In this document: one piece after another, positions 47,609 through 55,600 of the stretch
Layout: every line of letters begins with the position of its first letter
How positions within the stretch are numbered: the stretch's first letter is position 1
Source: Candidatus Binatia bacterium
Lineage (GTDB): Bacteria; Desulfobacterota; Binatia; UBA9968; JAJDTQ01
NCBI GenBank assembly: GCA_963666515.2
Contig: OY762897.2
Coordinates: forward strand, 2,048,001-2,112,000
Direction of reading: 5' to 3'
DNA: 64,000 nt
Notes under the pieces: generated by a model
The model's input: only the letters and a program-made list of their open reading frames with translations
The model's database searches: none
What the model was told of the DNA's origin: nothing
Made by a program: the position numbers and the translations under genes

Positions 47609-49432
47609 TCAACGCTGCGCCCGAATGGCAGCGCGAAGCTCCTCCGTGGCCGCCGCGTCCACCGCCGTTTTCGAAGGGGTGAGGGCCACCCCGTATATCT
47701 CTTGCGCTACCTCCCGCGAGACGAGGCCGTTGGCCACGTCCCGGAGCACCGCTTCAGGTTCCCGGTCCAGCGGATCGCCGTAGCCGCCGCCGTTGGCCAG
47801 CCGCATGTACAGCACACTCCTGTCCTTCACGTCGAAGTCGCAGTAGGGGAGCATCTCCGACGTGCCTCCCATGGCTTCCACGTCCACCGGGTGCCGGTTC
47901 TCGCTCATCGTGTCCCAGATGTTGGTCTCTTCCTTCAGCACCAGCAGGCTGGGGGCGCCACAAAGGCCGCCGAACATTCCCTGGCCCGAGTTCCGCAGGC
48001 CCGCCACCCCCAGGGCCACGCCGCGGATCTGCCCTTCGGGGGCGTCATGAACGGTGAGGGCGGTCTCCGAGCCGGTGCCGCCCCGGAACCGCCCGGCGCC
48101 CGATCCGTCCTTCAGGTGGCGCCGGAAGAGATACAGGATGGGAAAGTTCTGCTCCACCCACTCGATGTTCTGACACGACGACCAGCCCCGGCCCCCCGAG
48201 TCCACGCCGTCCTTGTCGGCGCGGGCGCCACGTCCGTCTATCGCCCCTTCCGAGAGACTGGACACGTAGTACCGGCCGTACTGGTTGACCCCGGCGTGAC
48301 GGGCGAAACGGTGGCCAGCGTCGTGGGCCATCACCTCGTCCCGCCAGTGCTCGTTGGTGGCGAGCATCTGCATCATCACCGCGGGCGCCAGGTAGCGGGC
48401 GGTGGCTCCGCCGGAGGTGGTGTTCAACGAAACCGGACCGGGGTACTGCACGTTGGCCACGGTTCCCGGCGGAGCGACCACCTCGATGGGCGCGAAGGCG
48501 CCGTGGTTTTTCGGGATATCGTAACCGATGGTGGAGAGGACCGCGGCAAAGCAGGTGCCGTAGGTTGCATGGTACGGCAGGTTGATCCCGGTCTTGGCCT
48601 GCTTGTCGCTTCCGGTGAAGTCGAAGATCAGGCGGTCGTCCCGCTTGCTGAGGGTGACTTGCATCTTCCATGTCTCGTCGCCCTGGATGAGCCCGGTCTC
48701 GCTCCAGGAGCCGTCGGCAAACTCCCGGATGCGTTCCCGCAGCACCGATTCGGTAAAGCGGATGATCTCCCTCGACACCGCCTCCAGCATCTCGGGACCG
48801 TACTGGTCCACGACCTCGTGCACCCTGGCCTTGGCGACGTTGTTGGCGGCGATCTCGCACTTCAGGTCCAGCCCCACCATGATCGGCTGCCGGGTCATGG
48901 TCACGAAGGCGTCGAACACGTCGCTGCGGAGCTTTCCCCTTTCCACCAGCTTGATGCCCGGTATGCGCACGCCCTCATGACAGATGTCCGTTGCCGCGGG
49001 AGAGTTGCCGCCCGGGGACAGGGCGCCGATGTCCATGACGTGAACGAAGGTGGCGCTCCAGGCGATGCGGCGGCCCTCGTGATGGATGGGGGAAAGCACG
49101 TAGACGTCGGACTGGTGGATGGCCGCCTGGTAGGGGTCGTTCAGCAGGAAGACGTCGTCGGGAAAGATGCCGTCGCCGTGCTCGAAGCGCTCGATGATCT
49201 TCTTCACCGCGAAACCGGCGCAGGCGACGTGCTGGCCCAGCGACTCGCCCCCGGACAGCACGTCACCGTCCGCGGTATAGAGGGAAGCCATGTAGTCGTG
49301 CTGCTGGGTGGTGTTGACCGTCCCGCCCACCCTTTCGAGCGTAATGCCCATCTCCCGGGCGATCTGATGCAGCCGGTGCGAAAGGATCTCCATGGTGATG
49401 GGATCGACGCCGCCGTTTCGGGCTGTGGTCAT
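47609..49432 (-). CDS. Hydantoinase B/oxoprolinase family subunit (copy 2)
   Basis: Same motifs as 38520-40340, with long identical stretches. Confidence 0.9.
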   Translation of the reverse strand: MTTARNGGVDPITMEILSHRLHQIAREMGITLERVGGTVNTTQQHDYMASLYTADGDVLSGGESLGQHVACAGFAVKKIIERFEHGDGIFPDDVFLLNDPYQAAIHQSDVYVLSPIHHEGRRIAWSATFVHVMDIGALSPGGNSPAATDICHEGVRIPGIKLVERGKLRSDVFDAFVTMTRQPIMVGLDLKCEIAANNVAKARVHEVVDQYGPEMLEAVSREIIRFTESVLRERIREFADGSWSETGLIQGDETWKMQVTLSKRDDRLIFDFTGSDKQAKTGINLPYHATYGTCFAAVLSTIGYDIPKNHGAFAPIEVVAPPGTVANVQYPGPVSLNTTSGGATARYLAPAVMMQMLATNEHWRDEVMAHDAGHRFARHAGVNQYGRYYVSSLSEGAIDGRGARADKDGVDSGGRGWSSCQNIEWVEQNFPILYLFRRHLKDGSGAGRFRGGTGSETALTVHDAPEGQIRGVALGVAGLRNSGQGMFGGLCGAPSLLVLKEETNIWDTMSENRHPVDVEAMGGTSEMLPYCDFDVKDRSVLYMRLANGGGYGDPLDREPEAVLRDVANGLVSREVAQEIYGVALTPSKTAVDAAATEELRAAIRAQR

Positions 49433-49477
49433 GATGGCCTCCCAGGGCTCCTGCGCAACTCCATAACGCTGTTCGGG

Positions 49478-51574
49478 CTAGCCGACGTGGATCACGACGT
49501 TGCGGAACGCGTCCATCTCCGCGCGGTCCTTGGGGTTCACCACGATGGTGGTCACCGGGGTCTCGATGACCGCCGGTCCGGCGATGCTCATGCCCGGCGA
49601 CAGGCGTCCGAAATCATAGATGTCCGTGGCCGTGAAGCCTTCGTATTCCTCGAAGTACACGTCCCGCCGCTCCTTGCGAGCCTCCAGGACGTCACCGGGG
49701 CCGCCCGGGTGCTTGTGAACGGCCGGCTTGGCCAGCTTGCCGATGGCGGTGACTCTGAGCGACAGCATCTCCCTGCCCGCTTCCGGATACCCCGACCCCT
49801 TTCCGTACGACTGCTCGTACAGCTCGTCGAACCGGCTGCAGAGCTGCTCCAGATCGGCTTCCTGCAACGGACCCGCGCCGGGAACCGGAACATTGATCTC
49901 GTTGACTTGGTAGCGGTAGCGCATGTCGACGCTCCGCAGAATGACCGTGTCATCCTGCCTGAAACCGGCACTGGAGAGGTCTTCGGCGGCGTGGGCGCAC
50001 AGCTTGTCGAAGCCTCCGTTGAGACGCGCCGGGTCCAGCGGAACCACCGCGTGGTCGGACATGCCGTACTCGTAGGTTACGTCCGCGGAGATCAGCCCGG
50101 TCGAGGCATGCACGGAAGCCGTCAGGGGTATCACCACCTTGCGCACGCCGAGCTGCACGGCGCAACGGGCCACGTGGACCGGAGCCGATCCGCCGATGGC
50201 CACCATGGCGAAGTCCCGCGGGTCGTGCCCGCGCTCCACCGTGCAGCGGCGGATGAGGTCGCTCATGTGCGCATTGATGATGCGGAAGATCCCGCCCGCG
50301 GCCTGAACCGTCGTCATGTCCAGCGGCCCGGCGATGTGCTCGTCGATGGCGGCGGTGGCCTTTTCCTTGTCCAGGGTCATGCGCCCGCCGAGAAAGTACC
50401 CGGGGTTCAGATAGCCCAGGACCACGTCGGCGTCGCACACGGTGGGCTCGGTTCCACCCAGGCCGTACGCCACCGGGCCGGGAGCGGCGCCCGCTCCCCG
50501 GGGGCCGACCTTCAGCAGTCCCGAGTTGTCGTCGATCCAGGCAATGCTTCCGCCTCCCGCGCCGATGGACGCCACCCATATCTTCGGCGCCAGGATGCTG
50601 TAGCGTTCGAACACGGGCTGGAAGTCACGCTCGATATGTCCCCCCCGGACCAGGCTGACCTTGAAGGTGGTGCCGCCCATGTCGGTGGCCAGGACGTTCG
50701 GCTCGCCGATCATGTCGGCGATGAACTTGCTGCCCACGACTCCCGCCGCGGGCCCGGATTCCAGGGTCCCGATGGCGTTTTGGGAGGTGGCCTCGATGCT
50801 CAGCATGCCGCCGTAGGCTTGCATGACGAGGGGCGCGCTCTTGAGTCCGTTGCCGGCGAGCTTCTCCTGGAGACTCCGCATGTAGGCGACGATCTTGGGG
50901 GCGATGTAAGCGCTGAAGATGGTCGTCGTCGTGCGCTCGTATTCCCCCAGGAAAGGCGCGATGTCGCTGGAGCAGGTTACATGGACCTCGGGGTGCTTGC
51001 GGCGAATCACGTCCGCCACGGCCTTCTCGTGGGCGCTGTTGGCGATGGACCAGAGCAGACAGACGGCAACGGACTCCACCCCCTTGCCGACCAGCAGGCC
51101 GACCGCCTCCTCGATCCGCGCAGCATCGGTGTCGATGAGCACCGATCCCTTGTAGTCGATCCGGCCCGGCACCTCTTCCGTGAGCCCGCGCGGGACCAGC
51201 GGCTCGGGCTTCTTGAGCGCCGCCAGGTGAGAGGACTCGGACTCCGTCAGCCCGAGGTGCACGTTGCCGCGCATCATCAGGAAGGTGTCCGGAAAGCCCT
51301 CGGTGACCACCAGCCCGGTGACGGCCCCGGCCCGGGTGATGAGCGTGTTGTCGGCCACCGTGCAGGCGTGGAAGAAGAGGCGCGTGTGGCGCAAGAGGTC
51401 GCCTATGCCCGGCAGCCCCAGGTTCTCGGTGGCGTTGCGGAGAGAGTCGACCACGCCTACGGAGAAGTCATGAGGAGTCGAGAGCGCCTTGCCGATGGTC
51501 AGCTTGCCGTCGCTGTCCAGCACCACGCAGTCGGTGAAGGTGCCGCCGATGTCGACGCCGATGATGTATTCCAT
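49478..51574 (-). CDS. Hydantoinase A/oxoprolinase family subunit (copy 2)
   Basis: MEYIIGVDIGGTFTD; same 2097-nt length as copy 1. Confidence 0.9.
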   Translation of the reverse strand: MEYIIGVDIGGTFTDCVVLDSDGKLTIGKALSTPHDFSVGVVDSLRNATENLGLPGIGDLLRHTRLFFHACTVADNTLITRAGAVTGLVVTEGFPDTFLMMRGNVHLGLTESESSHLAALKKPEPLVPRGLTEEVPGRIDYKGSVLIDTDAARIEEAVGLLVGKGVESVAVCLLWSIANSAHEKAVADVIRRKHPEVHVTCSSDIAPFLGEYERTTTTIFSAYIAPKIVAYMRSLQEKLAGNGLKSAPLVMQAYGGMLSIEATSQNAIGTLESGPAAGVVGSKFIADMIGEPNVLATDMGGTTFKVSLVRGGHIERDFQPVFERYSILAPKIWVASIGAGGGSIAWIDDNSGLLKVGPRGAGAAPGPVAYGLGGTEPTVCDADVVLGYLNPGYFLGGRMTLDKEKATAAIDEHIAGPLDMTTVQAAGGIFRIINAHMSDLIRRCTVERGHDPRDFAMVAIGGSAPVHVARCAVQLGVRKVVIPLTASVHASTGLISADVTYEYGMSDHAVVPLDPARLNGGFDKLCAHAAEDLSSAGFRQDDTVILRSVDMRYRYQVNEINVPVPGAGPLQEADLEQLCSRFDELYEQSYGKGSGYPEAGREMLSLRVTAIGKLAKPAVHKHPGGPGDVLEARKERRDVYFEEYEGFTATDIYDFGRLSPGMSIAGPAVIETPVTTIVVNPKDRAEMDAFRNVVIHVG

Positions 51575-51617
51575 GCACGCGCTCCGCCCGTAAATTGCCA
51601 CGCGGCATCGTGACAAG

Positions 51618-51983
51618 TCAATCCACGGGCGTGAGCACCTCGCTGGGAATGACCTCAATCATGCCGTTCCGCTCCGGGTCACGCACGACGCCGCGCGGGT
51701 CGCGGCCCTGGCGCACGCCGTCGGCGACCGTCACATCGAAGTCGCTCCAGTCCTCCTTCTCGGCTGCCATGGCGCGGTAGGTTTCTTTCCAGGACAGGCT
51801 GTTCGTTTCCTTGCCGTAAAGAAACACCCCATCCTCCACCTCTTCAAGGACAAGGGAATCGCCCCAACCGTACTTCTGCAAGAGGGCCTTCGGAAGACGT
51901 ATCCCCTTGGAGTTGCCCACCGAGACCAGCTTGACATCTCTCTTGACCGCCTTGTCACCTCTCGTGACCATTCCCTCACGCAT
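51618..51983 (-). CDS. AbrB/MazE/SpoVT-family antitoxin (orphan, aberrant C-terminus)
   Basis: KLVSVGNSKGIRLPKALLQKYG, SWKETYRAMAAEKEDWSDFD; GAGGAGG RBS. Confidence 0.8.
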   Translation of the reverse strand: MREGMVTRGDKAVKRDVKLVSVGNSKGIRLPKALLQKYGWGDSLVLEEVEDGVFLYGKETNSLSWKETYRAMAAEKEDWSDFDVTVADGVRQGRDPRGVVRDPERNGMIEVIPSEVLTPVD

Positions 51984-52010
51984 CGTCGAACACCTCCTCG
52001 GGCAAGACTC

Positions 52011-52049
52011 GGTAATTACTGTAATTACCTGTGTTGCTTGACTTCAAGC
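52011..52049 (-). promoter_or_regulatory. Antitoxin operator/promoter
   Basis: Palindrome GGTAATTAC-T-GTAATTACC (52011-52029) and GCTTGA-CT-TCAAGC (52036-52049); minus strand TTGAAG-18 bp-TACAGT. Confidence 0.6.
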
Positions 52050-52176
52050 GGTATCGTGGCTCGACTAGAATCCTTGATCGACAGGATCTTGACTCAGGAA
52101 GACAAGATATTTGAACTGGACTTCGTTCGTACATGAATACTATCGTAGGCCATCGCGAGTTGTAACGCTCGGTAGT

Positions 52177-53784
52177 TTAAGCGACGAGCTTCGCCTCATC
52201 GCAAATGGCATCGAGGTTCCTGGTGATGGCGGCAAAGCGCCGATGGGTCTTGGTATTGCCGCTCACGGCGTCGGGCGCAAGATGGGCCAGGCCGGGGCGA
52301 AGGATGCGGTTGTAGACACGCGTGTAGAACATCGCCACCTTGAGGCCGTGTTCGGTCAAGTGGTAGCGGTAGGCGCCGGGGATGCGCTCGATCAGGCCGT
52401 GCAGGCGCAGGCGTCTCAGGTCGTAACTCATTCGGCCCGGGCGCATTGGACTGGGATCGAGGCCCAGGAGTGCACCGAGGTGCCCGCGCAGGTCGCGGTT
52501 GGAGAAGCCGCGGGCCGAAAGAGTGAACAAGAGCAGGGCCTGCATCAGAGCCTGCACGCGCTCATCGGCGAAGCGCAGGGCCGAGGCGCGTTGTCCGTGG
52601 AACTCCAGGCCGCGTTGATGGCGTTGGAGTTCGTCTTCACCCAGGGCACAGTCGTGGCTGATGGTTTCTATCTGCAACAGACGACGGTTGGCTGTGAAGC
52701 CGACCTGGCACAACGCCGCCAGGTTAGACAGCCGCCGGCCCAGGGCGAAGTCATAGGTGTCGTTGACGGTGGTCTCGGTGCGCAGCGCCTGCCCTTCCTT
52801 GTGGTACTGCTTGATGCGCGAGTGCTTGTAGTCCACGTGCAAGGAAGGGGTGACGCCTGCGGTGATGACCCGGGTACGGAACCGACCGGGGGTGCGCCGG
52901 GTGACCCGGCGCTGGAAGATCAACTGCACCTGGCTGGGGCGACCGAGATCGAGGTTCTCGCGGATCACGTCCTCGAAAAAGACGCGGCCCGAGGCCGGGC
53001 GGTCGAGCACCTGGGTCAGGCTGAACTCCGCTTGCAGGATGGAGATGTCGTAGCGCAGACCGGCGCGACGGTCCTGAGGCGTATACGGATGCGGCAGGCG
53101 ATCGAACCACTTGCGCGCCAGTCTGTCGATGAAAGCGGCATCGAAGCCTTCGCAGATCTGTTGCAGCGCCTCGGGGTCTCCGCAGCAGCGCACGCCGTTG
53201 TCCAAAGCCTCGAACGGGATGCCGCGCTCGCGCAACTGGCACTTGGCGTACTCGTTGCCGTTGAGGCACAGCTTGCCGTTGTACGGGAAGTAGGTGCAGA
53301 ACTTGATGAAGAACGGCCCCGCCTGTTTGTCCACGCAATAGAAATACACATGGTTGACCATCGCGGTAGACGAGACCACCCACGGATAGGTGACCCCGGT
53401 GTCCGGGTTCCGGCGCCGCTCGGTGCGCATCACACGGGCCTTCTCCTGCGCTATCCCGATGTACAAAACCCCTTCGGTTCCCTTGAACCGCCCCAGGTAC
53501 TCCTGCGTCACCTCGTCCTTGCGCTGGCCCTTCTTGAAGTGCACCACCTCGATCTGCTCCCGCTCCGCAAAGTCCTTCACCGCCTGCACGAACTCCCGAC
53601 TCTTGGGCGCCAGCGCCACCGTCGACGCAAACCGCTGGCCATGGTGCTTGTGCAGATACCCCACTACCCCGCCCACGCTCTGCAACTGCGGCACATACAG
53701 GTTCAAGTACAGGCGATCCACCGACTCGTATTCCAGCGTCACGTGATCGCGCAATACTTCCGCTACGGTTTGTGGTAGGCTCAT
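52177..53784 (-). CDS. Putative transposase/replication-initiator-like protein with C-terminal winged HTH
   Basis: Start MSLPQTVAEVL (ATG 53784, GGAG RBS); ILQAEFS, IKQYHKEG..LRTETT (Rep_trans-like YxK...RxE), GFSNRDLR...YDLRRLRLHGLIERIP..RYHLT wHTH. Confidence 0.7.
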   Translation of the reverse strand: MSLPQTVAEVLRDHVTLEYESVDRLYLNLYVPQLQSVGGVVGYLHKHHGQRFASTVALAPKSREFVQAVKDFAEREQIEVVHFKKGQRKDEVTQEYLGRFKGTEGVLYIGIAQEKARVMRTERRRNPDTGVTYPWVVSSTAMVNHVYFYCVDKQAGPFFIKFCTYFPYNGKLCLNGNEYAKCQLRERGIPFEALDNGVRCCGDPEALQQICEGFDAAFIDRLARKWFDRLPHPYTPQDRRAGLRYDISILQAEFSLTQVLDRPASGRVFFEDVIRENLDLGRPSQVQLIFQRRVTRRTPGRFRTRVITAGVTPSLHVDYKHSRIKQYHKEGQALRTETTVNDTYDFALGRRLSNLAALCQVGFTANRRLLQIETISHDCALGEDELQRHQRGLEFHGQRASALRFADERVQALMQALLLFTLSARGFSNRDLRGHLGALLGLDPSPMRPGRMSYDLRRLRLHGLIERIPGAYRYHLTEHGLKVAMFYTRVYNRILRPGLAHLAPDAVSGNTKTHRRFAAITRNLDAICDEAKLVA

Positions 53785-53788
53785 GTCC

Positions 53789-53892
53789 GGCTCCGGTTGC
53801 TTCGGGCTTTTATGCCCATTTGACCCTTTGAGGTCCGACCTTGCAAGGTCCCATGACCAGGGATTCAATCCCTGCTACAAGCGACCGGAGCC
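53789..53892 (-). ncRNA. Candidate structured 5' leader RNA (or ssDNA structure) of the putative transposase
   Basis: 14-bp outer stem 53789-53802/53879-53892 enclosing four hairpins. Confidence 0.45.
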
Positions 53893-54094
53893 AATCCCCT
53901 TACCCCCTCGTCGGTCTGAGGCGAAGCCTCGCTAGTCGTCGGCAGCGCCGCGGATTGCTTGCCCGGAAAACCGCGGCATGATTTGATCGTAGCAGGTCGA
54001 GGCGGTCGAGACGCTAGTCGCCGTGGCCGCGAAGAGGATTCCTAAAGAGTGCTGGGGAAAGGGTAGCGGCCGTGCATGAAACAGGGAGGCGGCG

Positions 54095-55342
54095 GTGAAG
54101 CTCGCCAAACTTGCGGTGATGCTGCTGGCCACGGCCCTGTCGGGGGCCGCCTTCGCCCAGACAACCCTCGTCCTCGAAAGCTGGCGGGACGACGACCGAA
54201 ACGTCTGGCGGAAGAACATCATACCGGCTTTCGAGGCCGCCCATCCCGGCATCAAGGTGCGGTTCCGGCCTTCCGCACCGGCCGACTACGATGCGGCCCT
54301 GAAGGCCCGGCTCAAGGCGGGCGCGGCCGGCGACCTGATCGCCTGCCGTCCGTTCGATGTCTCGATAGCCCTCTACGAGGCCGGACACCTCGCCGACCTC
54401 GGCAATCTCGACGGAATGGCCCGTTTCCCGGGTGTCGCGAAATCGGCTTGGCAGACCGATGACGGGGCCGTAACCTTCTGCGTTCCCGTGGCGTCCGTGA
54501 TCCACGGGTTTCTCTACAACCGGGAAGGGTTCCGTAAACTCGGACTCGATGCGCCCGAAACGGAAGATGAGTTTTTCGCGATCCTCGAAAGAATCCGCAA
54601 CGACGGCGCTTGGCTCCCGATGGCCCTGGGAGTCCGCGACCGGTGGGAAGCCGCGACCCTGGGCTACAACAACATCGGACCTGTCTACTGGAAGGGCGAG
54701 GAAGGCCGTCGAGCCCTTGTCGTCGGCCGGCAGAAATTGACCGACGAGCCGTGGGTGGCCCCCTTCCGGACCCTGTCCAGGTGGCGCCGCTATCTGGGCA
54801 AGGGGTATGAGACGCGGACCTACAAGGACAGCCAGGACCTCTTCGCCCTCGGCCGGGCGGCCGTCTATCCCGCCGGAAGCTGGGAGATCGCTGGTTTCAA
54901 CGCCCGGGCCAAGTTCACGATGGGCGCCTTCCGGCCACCCGTGCGAAAGGCCGGCGACGCCTGCTACATCTCCGACCACACCGACATGGCCATCGGCCTG
55001 AATACCGCCAGCCCGAACAAGGAGGCGGCGCGCGTCTTCCTCGACTGGGTGTCTTCGGCCGCCTTCGCTTCGCTCTACGCGCGGGTGCTGCCGGGGTTCT
55101 TTCCGCTGTCGGATCATCCGGTGGAAATAAACGACCCGCTGGCCCGGACCTTCCTTTCCTGGCGTGACGAATGCCGTTCGACCATCCGTTTCGCGTCCCG
55201 CATCCTGTCGCGCGGAACGCCGAACCTGGAACGCGAGACCTGGAATGCCTCGGTCGCCGCGATCCGTGGCACGGCGCCCGCGCAGGAACTCGGCGCCCGG
55301 CTGCAGAAACAACTGGCACGCTGGTACGCGCCGCATCAGTAG
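54095..55342 (+). CDS. ABC transporter substrate-binding protein (sugar-binding SBP_bac_1 type), orphan
   Basis: GGGAGG RBS, GTG start, signal peptide AAFA|Q, ESWRDDD..W..IIPAFEA.HPGIKV, GDLIACRPFD, VPVASVIHGF.YN, YPAGSWEI. Confidence 0.9.
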   Translation: MKLAKLAVMLLATALSGAAFAQTTLVLESWRDDDRNVWRKNIIPAFEAAHPGIKVRFRPSAPADYDAALKARLKAGAAGDLIACRPFDVSIALYEAGHLADLGNLDGMARFPGVAKSAWQTDDGAVTFCVPVASVIHGFLYNREGFRKLGLDAPETEDEFFAILERIRNDGAWLPMALGVRDRWEAATLGYNNIGPVYWKGEEGRRALVVGRQKLTDEPWVAPFRTLSRWRRYLGKGYETRTYKDSQDLFALGRAAVYPAGSWEIAGFNARAKFTMGAFRPPVRKAGDACYISDHTDMAIGLNTASPNKEAARVFLDWVSSAAFASLYARVLPGFFPLSDHPVEINDPLARTFLSWRDECRSTIRFASRILSRGTPNLERETWNASVAAIRGTAPAQELGARLQKQLARWYAPHQ

Positions 55343-55432
55343 ATGCCGGCACGCTCGTGTCCTGGGGCGTCCGTCGATCCGAGTTCTCTGCGGCCGCGGG
55401 TGGAAGGGTCCGTGCTGCGCTAGCCGCGTATC

Positions 55433-55600
55433 AAGCCAGGAACCCGCACTCTCGACGGCACCGATATACAGCATGACGAAGACCGTCTTGGCCGCGATCT
55501 CACGGGTTACGTAGTTTCGATTCGTGGTTCCGTCAGGGAAAATCGCCAGCAACCGCTCCTGAATGTCGGCAACGGGCAACAGTGGCGGGTATGGCATCAT
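55433..55600 (-). pseudogene. 5' remnant of a BsuBI/PstI-family type II restriction endonuclease
   Basis: MMPYPPLLPVADIQERLLAIFPDGTTNRNYVTREIAAKTVFVMLYIGAVE..W matches the family N-terminus; ATGA-coupled to the MTase stop; recognisable similarity ends after ~56 codons. Confidence 0.65.

Larger units (their letters stand above)
52065..53935 (-). mobile_element. Putative CTAG-bounded insertion element without terminal inverted repeats
   Basis: CTAG at 52065-52068 and 53932-53935; joining the flanks gives palindrome CGACTAGTCG; subterminal hairpins at both ends; one large ORF. Confidence 0.6.

Noticed and set aside
52111-53778. 555-aa plus-strand ORF opposite the putative transposase
   Set aside because: Antisense shadow with no motifs; the minus-strand ORF has the RBS and recognisable domains.
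53789-53892. tRNA (cloverleaf-like folding)
   Set aside because: No T-loop GTTCRA, D-loop or CCA end, and stem lengths do not fit a tRNA.
54014-55600. 528-aa minus-strand ORF as an intact restriction endonuclease
   Set aside because: Only the first ~56 codons resemble the family; the rest is the antisense of the SBP gene.
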